Positions 58,711 to 64,000 of a stretch of 64,000 bases of DNA are shown piece after piece; position 1 is the first letter of the stretch, and every line of letters begins with the position of its first letter. The notes under the pieces are model-generated. The model did not search any database and was not told the origin of the DNA. It worked only from the letters and a program-made list of their open reading frames with translations. The position numbers and the translations under genes were made by a program. The DNA is from Candidatus Sericytochromatia bacterium (lineage in GTDB: Bacteria > Cyanobacteriota > Sericytochromatia > S15B-MN24 > JAQBPE01): contig JAYKHR010000045.1 of NCBI GenBank assembly GCA_035285125.1, positions 128,001 to 192,000 of the forward strand, given 5' to 3'.

Positions 58711-59310
58711 TTAAGGGGTCCGGGCCGCCGCCCGCAGCGCCTCGCGCAGGCGGGCAGCCGCCTGCGCGCGGTGGCTGATCGTGTGCTTGACCTCGGCGGG
58801 CAGCTCGCCGAAGGTCCGCCCGTGCGCGGGCACGAGGAAGACCGGGTCGTAGCCGAAGCCCCCACTGCCGGCCGGGGCCTCGGTGATCCGGCCCTCGCAG
58901 CGACCCTCCACGACCAGCGTCCGCCCATCCGGCCAGGCGAGCGCCATGGCACATACGAAGGCAGCCCCGCGGCGGGCTGCGGGCACGCCCGCGAGCTCCC
59001 CGAGCAGCTTCTCGATGCGGGCCGCGTCCGTGGCCGCGTAGCGCGCGGAGTACACGCCGGGGCGGCCGCCGAGCGCCTCGACGGCCAGCCCCGAATCGTC
59101 CGCCAGGCACGGCGTGCCGAAGGCCGCCGCGGCCGCCTGGGCCTTCAGCAGCGCGTTGGCGGCGAAGGTCTCCCCCGTCTCCTCGACCTCGAGCGGCCGG
59201 GGCGGCGGCGCGAAGACGAAGGCGCCGTCTTCCGCTGCGAAGATCGTGGAGAGTTCCTGCAGCTTGTGGGCGTTCGTCGAGGTCAGGTGGATCGTCGTGG
59301 GCGCGCTCAT
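58711..59310 (-). CDS. rdgB: Non-canonical purine NTP pyrophosphatase (RdgB/HAM1)
   Basis: TNAHKLQE, EETGETF.ANA.LKA, DDSGL, PGVYSAR, GFGYDPVF, K..ISHR. Start overlaps the rel stop. Confidence 0.95.
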   Translation of the reverse strand: MSAPTTIHLTSTNAHKLQELSTIFAAEDGAFVFAPPPRPLEVEETGETFAANALLKAQAAAAAFGTPCLADDSGLAVEALGGRPGVYSARYAATDAARIEKLLGELAGVPAARRGAAFVCAMALAWPDGRTLVVEGRCEGRITEAPAGSGGFGYDPVFLVPAHGRTFGELPAEVKHTISHRAQAAARLREALRAAARTP

Positions 59311-61496
59311 CGCGAGGCCCCGGGGCTCGGCCCCTGCCGCAGCTTGGTCACGCGGTTGGCGCGGATCACGTCGCTCATCTTGCCGACGGTCGAGAGCACC
59401 CGCTGCAGGTGCGCCGTGTCGGAGATGTCGACGACGAGCGAGATCAGCGCAGCCTTGTTCTTCAGCGTGCGGATGCGCGCCGCCCGGATGTTGGTCTTCG
59501 CGTCCGCGATCTTGGCCGAGACGTCCTTGAGCAGCCCCACGCGGTCGATGAGTTCGATCTCGATCTCGACGGGGTACGTCGCCCCCGAGGCGGCCTGCGC
59601 CCACTCGACGGCCACGGTGCGGTCGGGATCCACCTGCGCCAGGTTCATGCAGTCCGCCGCGTGCACCGTGATTCCACGACCGCGCGTCACGGCCCCGCGC
59701 ACAGCCTCTCCCGGCAGCGGCATGCAGCACCGCGCCATGTTCACGAGCATCGAGTCGCTGCCGTCGATCAGGATGGCGTTCTTGCCGCGCGCGCCGTTCC
59801 GGTCCCGGAGGACCTCGCGAGGCGCCTCGGGCGGCAGCGCCGGAGCGGTCGGCTCCGGGCGCAGCCGATTGAGCACCTGCATCACGCCGAGCTCGCCATA
59901 GCCGATCGCCGCGAGCAGGTCGTCGACCGTTGGGCAGTTGAACTTCTGGGCCGTCTCCAGCGCCCTGTCGCTCCGGAGCAGCTGCTCCAGCCCGTTGCGC
60001 CCCACCTCGCGCTCGAGCGCCTCCCGGCCCAGCGCGATGTTCTCGTCGCGGTGCTCCTTCTTGTACCACTGACGGATGCGGTTTTTCGCAGATGTTGTGG
60101 CGACAATCTTGAGCCAGTCCCGGCTGGGCGAGGGCTTCTTGCTCGTGATGACCTCCACGATGTCGCCGTTGGCGAGGTGGGTGTCGAGCGGCACGATGCG
60201 GCCGTTGACCTTGGCCCCCACGCAGCGGTGGCCGACGTCGGTGTGGATGCGGTAGGCGAAGTCGAGGGGGGTGGCGTCGCGCGGCAGGTCGATGACGTCG
60301 CCGCGGGGGCTGAACACGAAGACCTCGTCCGCGAACAGGTCCTCCTTCACCGTCGTGAGGTACTCGTTGGCGTCCTTGAGGTCGTTCTGCCAGTCGAGCA
60401 TCTGCCGGAGCCACGTCAGCTTGGTGTCCAGGTCGGACAGCTCCTTGCCGCCCTCCTTGTAGCGCCAGTGCGCCGCGATGCCGTACTCCGCCACGCGGTG
60501 CATCTCGAAGGTGCGAATCTGGATCTCGACGGGGCTGCCCTTCGGCCCGATCACGGCCGTGTGGAGCGACTGGTAGAGGTTGGACTTCGGCATGGCGATG
60601 TAGTCCTTGAACCGCCCCGGGATTGGCTTCCAGAGCGAGTGGACCACGCCGAGCGTCTCGTAGCACTCCTTGAGGGAGTCCACCAGCACCCGCACCGCCG
60701 TGATGTCGTAGAGGTCCGTGAACTCCTTGTTCTGGCTCGTCATCTTCTGCCAGATCGAGTAAAAGTGCTTGGGGCGCCCGGACAGCTTGCACGTGACACC
60801 CAGCTTGCCGAGTTCGCCCTGCAGGTCTCCGACGATGCGCGCGATGATCGCCTCGCGCTCCTCTCGCTTGGCCGCCACCAGCTGAGAGAGGCGGTAATAT
60901 GCATCTGGATGCAGGTATCGCAGCGACCAGTCCTCCAGCTCGGCCTTGATGCGGCCGAGGCCGAGGCGGTGGGCCAGCGGGGCGAAGATTTCGAGCGTCT
61001 CGCGGGCGATTTCCTGCTGCTTATCCGGCTTCATATGCGCCAGCGTGCGCATGTTGTGAAGGCGATCCGCGAGCTTCAGGAGGATCACGCGGATGTCCTT
61101 GCCCATCGCGAGGAACATCCGACGGAAGTTCTCGGCCTGGCGCTCCTCCTTGCTGGAGAACGAGATCTTGCCGAGCTTGGTTACGCCCTCGACGAGGCGG
61201 CAGACCTCGGAGCCGAACTGCTTCTTGAGGTCGTCCGGCTCGATGTGGCAGTCCTCGAGCACGTCATGGAGCAACGCGGCGGCGACGGTCGCGCCATCGG
61301 CCTCAAGCCCCGCGAGGATCTTGGCGACCTCCACGGGGTGCATGATGTAGGGCTCGCCTGACTTCCGCGTCTGCCCGTCGTGCAGCCCCTCGGCGCAGGC
61401 GCAGGCGCGCTCGACGAGGGCCACGTCCTCCGGCTTCATGTAGCCGGAGACGGTCTTGAAGAGCCCTGATTTGTCGACGGAGGTCTCGCTGGCCAT
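59307..61496 (-). CDS. relA: Bifunctional (p)ppGpp synthetase/hydrolase (long RSH, Rel/SpoT)
   Basis: RKSGEPY, LHDVLED (intact HD), ADRLHNMRT, RFKDY, YQSLHT, EIQIRT, TGS and ACT domains. Confidence 0.97.
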   Translation of the reverse strand: MASETSVDKSGLFKTVSGYMKPEDVALVERACACAEGLHDGQTRKSGEPYIMHPVEVAKILAGLEADGATVAAALLHDVLEDCHIEPDDLKKQFGSEVCRLVEGVTKLGKISFSSKEERQAENFRRMFLAMGKDIRVILLKLADRLHNMRTLAHMKPDKQQEIARETLEIFAPLAHRLGLGRIKAELEDWSLRYLHPDAYYRLSQLVAAKREEREAIIARIVGDLQGELGKLGVTCKLSGRPKHFYSIWQKMTSQNKEFTDLYDITAVRVLVDSLKECYETLGVVHSLWKPIPGRFKDYIAMPKSNLYQSLHTAVIGPKGSPVEIQIRTFEMHRVAEYGIAAHWRYKEGGKELSDLDTKLTWLRQMLDWQNDLKDANEYLTTVKEDLFADEVFVFSPRGDVIDLPRDATPLDFAYRIHTDVGHRCVGAKVNGRIVPLDTHLANGDIVEVITSKKPSPSRDWLKIVATTSAKNRIRQWYKKEHRDENIALGREALEREVGRNGLEQLLRSDRALETAQKFNCPTVDDLLAAIGYGELGVMQVLNRLRPEPTAPALPPEAPREVLRDRNGARGKNAILIDGSDSMLVNMARCCMPLPGEAVRGAVTRGRGITVHAADCMNLAQVDPDRTVAVEWAQAASGATYPVEIEIELIDRVGLLKDVSAKIADAKTNIRAARIRTLKNKAALISLVVDISDTAHLQRVLSTVGKMSDVIRANRVTKLRQGPSPGASR

Positions 61497-61727
61497 GTGC
61501 CACGTGCGCGCCGCGCTCGTCCACTCGCCTGGACCCACTTCGTCGGGGGTGGGTCGCCGCCTGGCGGGGGGCGGGACCCGGCGGGGGCTCCGAGGAGCCG
61601 GAAGGTGAGGCCGGCCACGCCTTCCTCACCCCTAATCCTAGCAGAAATCCGCAGCGGACGTGCGTGACGGGCGGGAGTTCCAGCTGTCCTGGCGCTGCAA
61701 CCCCGCCCGGCCGTGCAGGTGCGGCTT

Positions 61728-62258
61728 CTAGTAGGTCAGCAGGGCGTGCACGTCCAGCCCTGGCAGCCGCTCGCGTCCGCCGAGGAAGGCCAGCTCGATC
61801 AGGAAGCTGACCCCCACGACGTGGCCCCCGAGGCGCTCGACCAGCGCCCGCGTGGCCGCCACCGTCCCGCCGGTGGCGAGCAGGTCGTCCACGATCAGCA
61901 CCCGATGGCCGGCCGCCAGCGCGTCGGCGTGGATCTCCAGCGTGCCGGAGCCGTACTCCAGCGCGTACGCGATGGCCTCGGTGCGGGCAGGCAGCTTGCC
62001 CGGCTTGCGCACGGGGATGAAGCCCTTGCCGAGGTGGTTCGCCAGCGGGGCGCCGACGAGGAAGCCCCGGGACTCGATGCCCACCACGTAGTCGACCGCC
62101 AGCGTCCGGTGGTGTGCCACCAGCCTGTCGATGGCCGCACTGAAGGCCGCGGCGTCCCGCAGCAGCGGCGAGATGTCCTTGAACACGATGCCCGGCTTGG
62201 GGAAGTCGGGGATGTCGCGGACGTAGGCGTCCAGGTCGAGCATCGGCGTGGTGGTCAT
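61728..62258 (-). CDS. apt: Adenine phosphoribosyltransferase
   Basis: [50 protein letters not shown]. Confidence 0.97.
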   Translation of the reverse strand: MTTTPMLDLDAYVRDIPDFPKPGIVFKDISPLLRDAAAFSAAIDRLVAHHRTLAVDYVVGIESRGFLVGAPLANHLGKGFIPVRKPGKLPARTEAIAYALEYGSGTLEIHADALAAGHRVLIVDDLLATGGTVAATRALVERLGGHVVGVSFLIELAFLGGRERLPGLDVHALLTY

Positions 62259-62305
62259 CGCGGCTCCTTTCTGGGAGGGGACGCGACGATGATACACGAT
62301 GCGCG

Positions 62306-64000
62306 TCAGGCGTCGGCAGCGGGTCCGACGGCCAGGACCTTCAGGGTGAGACGGTTCTGGCCCTGCCAGCGCTCGGCCACGGGCTGGTAGACCAGATCGA
62401 CGGGCCCCTCCGGCAGCGGATGGCGCTTTCCCTGGCCGAAGGCGATCGCGGCTGCCTGGCCCGTCTGGTCGGCCACCTCGAGCCAGAGGTGCTCGTCCTC
62501 GGGGCCCCGCCGCTCCTGACGCAGCACGGTGGCCCCGCGCAGCCCGAAGGTGGGGCCAGGGTTCTCCGGGCCCGTCGGCTCCAGCGCCTGCAGGCTGGCC
62601 ACCGCCTCGAAGCCGAGCGCCGAGAGCGGCGGCTCAGCATCGACCTCCCAGACCTTGGTGTAGCTCACCGGCGCCGTCAGGCGCACCGCCACCTCTGCCT
62701 GGAAGATCGCGCAGAAGAACTCGAAGTCCTCGGGGGCGACGGACAGCCCCACCGCGTTCGCGTGGCCCCCGAACCGCCCGAGCACCTTTCCGACGGCCTC
62801 CAGCGTGGCGTGAAGGTCGTGGCCGGACACGCTGCGGCCCGAGCCACGCAGGTGGCCGTTGTCTTCGGGGGCGAACAGCAGCGTCGGGCGCCTGAAGCGC
62901 TCGGCGAGCCTGGAGGCGACGATGCCGAGCACGCCGTGGTGCCAGCCCGCGTCCGCCAGGATGATCGCGGGGCCGCCGGGCATGTCGCCGCCAGCCACCC
63001 GGGCGATGGCCTCGGCCTCGATGGCGAGGGAGAGCAGCCGGCGCTCCTGGTTCAGCCGCTCCAGCTGGTCCGCCATCTGCCGGGCGGGGGCGTCGTCGTG
63101 GGCCAGCAGCAGCTCCAGGGCCAGCCTCGGGTGCGCCATGCGGCCTGCGGCGTTGATGCGCGGGATGACCCGCTGGGAGAGCAGCTCCGAGAGGTTCGCG
63201 GCCTTCAGGTTGCAGCGGGCGGCCCGGGCGAGTGCCGCGACGCCCCGGCGGGGTGACCGGCTGATGCGGGCGAGACCCTGCCTCACGAGCCGGCGGTTCT
63301 CGTCGACCAGGGGGGCCTGGTCCCCCAGCGTGCCGAGCGCGACGAGGTCCAGCAGGTGCCGGGCGTCGGGCTCGCGCGGGGGCAGGGCGTGGTCCAGGCT
63401 GCGGGCCAGCGCGTAAGCCACGCCGACGCCCGCGAGCGGGGCCAGCCCGCCCGGGTCGGCCATTAGCCAGGGGTTCACGATCACGGTGGCATTCGGGAGC
63501 GACGCCCCCGGCCGGTGGTGGTCCGTGATGATCACGTCGAGCCCCAGGCTGCGCGCGAAGGCGATCTGCTCGTGGCTGGAGATGCCGTTGTCGACGGTCA
63601 CCAGCACGCGGGTGCCCTGGTCGGCGAGGCCCTGGATGGTCGTGGCGTTGAGCCCGTAGCCCTCGACCAGGCGGTGGGGCAGGAAGTGGTCGACCACGGC
63701 ATCGTGGTGCTCGAGGGCGCGCACCAGCAGCGAGGTGGAGGCGATGCCGTCGATGTCGTAGTCTCCGCACACCGTGATGCGCTCGCGCCGGGCGATCGCC
63801 CCCAGCAACAGGGTCACGGCCTCTGGCACGCCTGGCAACGCGCCGTAGTCCGGCTCCCGCGTGGACGGCGGGGCGAGGAAGGTCGTCAGCGCGGGACCCG
63901 GGCGCCACCCCCGCGCGGCCAGCACCTGCGCGAGCAGGCGGGAGGTGCCCGGCATCGCCTCGAGCGCAGCCAGGGCGTCGGGTTCGGGCTGGCGCACGCG
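62306..64000 (-). CDS. recJ: Single-stranded-DNA exonuclease RecJ (5' end at or just beyond the window edge)
   Basis: [37 protein letters not shown]. Confidence 0.95.
   Translation of the reverse strand, partial: RVRQPEPDALAALEAMPGTSRLLAQVLAARGWRPGPALTTFLAPPSTREPDYGALPGVPEAVTLLLGAIARRERITVCGDYDIDGIASTSLLVRALEHHDAVVDHFLPHRLVEGYGLNATTIQGLADQGTRVLVTVDNGISSHEQIAFARSLGLDVIITDHHRPGASLPNATVIVNPWLMADPGGLAPLAGVGVAYALARSLDHALPPREPDARHLLDLVALGTLGDQAPLVDENRRLVRQGLARISRSPRRGVAALARAARCNLKAANLSELLSQRVIPRINAAGRMAHPRLALELLLAHDDAPARQMADQLERLNQERRLLSLAIEAEAIARVAGGDMPGGPAIILADAGWHHGVLGIVASRLAERFRRPTLLFAPEDNGHLRGSGRSVSGHDLHATLEAVGKVLGRFGGHANAVGLSVAPEDFEFFCAIFQAEVAVRLTAPVSYTKVWEVDAEPPLSALGFEAVASLQALEPTGPENPGPTFGLRGATVLRQERRGPEDEHLWLEVADQTGQAAAIAFGQGKRHPLPEGPVDLVYQPVAERWQGQNRLTLKVLAVGPAADA

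Noticed and set aside
58711..60792. 693-aa ORF suggesting a large RdgB fusion
   Set aside because: The upstream part overlaps rel in another frame. RdgB starts at 59310.
58711..64000. recJ-apt-rel-rdgB cluster as a novel system
   Set aside because: recJ-apt-rel is a widely conserved housekeeping arrangement.

Overview
GC-rich bacterial chromosomal DNA. A cyanobacterial-type 6S RNA candidate and many lipoproteins with ISDQGG/ISNNGG repeats tentatively suggest a non-photosynthetic Cyanobacteriota lineage such as Sericytochromatia (inference only). Bases 1-22690 form a spacer-less inverted duplication centred at 11345/11346, so everything in 1-11345 is mirrored in 11346-22690. The fold lies inside a gene at a natural quasi-palindrome and is most likely an amplification or assembly artefact. 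The duplicated block holds a stand-alone MshEN-like protein, a YmfF/YmfH M16 peptidase pair and a tandem array of three paralogous NHL beta-propeller lipoproteins, the third cut by the fold. The unique part (22.7-64 kb) includes secreted and lipoprotein genes (one beta-propeller carries a CxxCH heme motif) and a PBP-A-like serine hydrolase. It also has a divergent alpha-oxoamine-synthase/GNAT fusion plus membrane histidine kinase, both broken at G/C homopolymers; this pair is the best candidate for an undescribed signal synthase/receptor system. Further along are an RND pump, an ArsR-carbonic anhydrase-SulP operon with a clear operator, lepB, a catalytically degenerate cyanophycinase-like gene, dacB, 6S RNA and add between two dif-like palindromes, a site-2 protease, and the housekeeping recJ-apt-rel-rdgB cluster. 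No tRNA, rRNA, CRISPR array, integrase or transposase was recognised. All calls rest on motifs read by eye; no searches were run.
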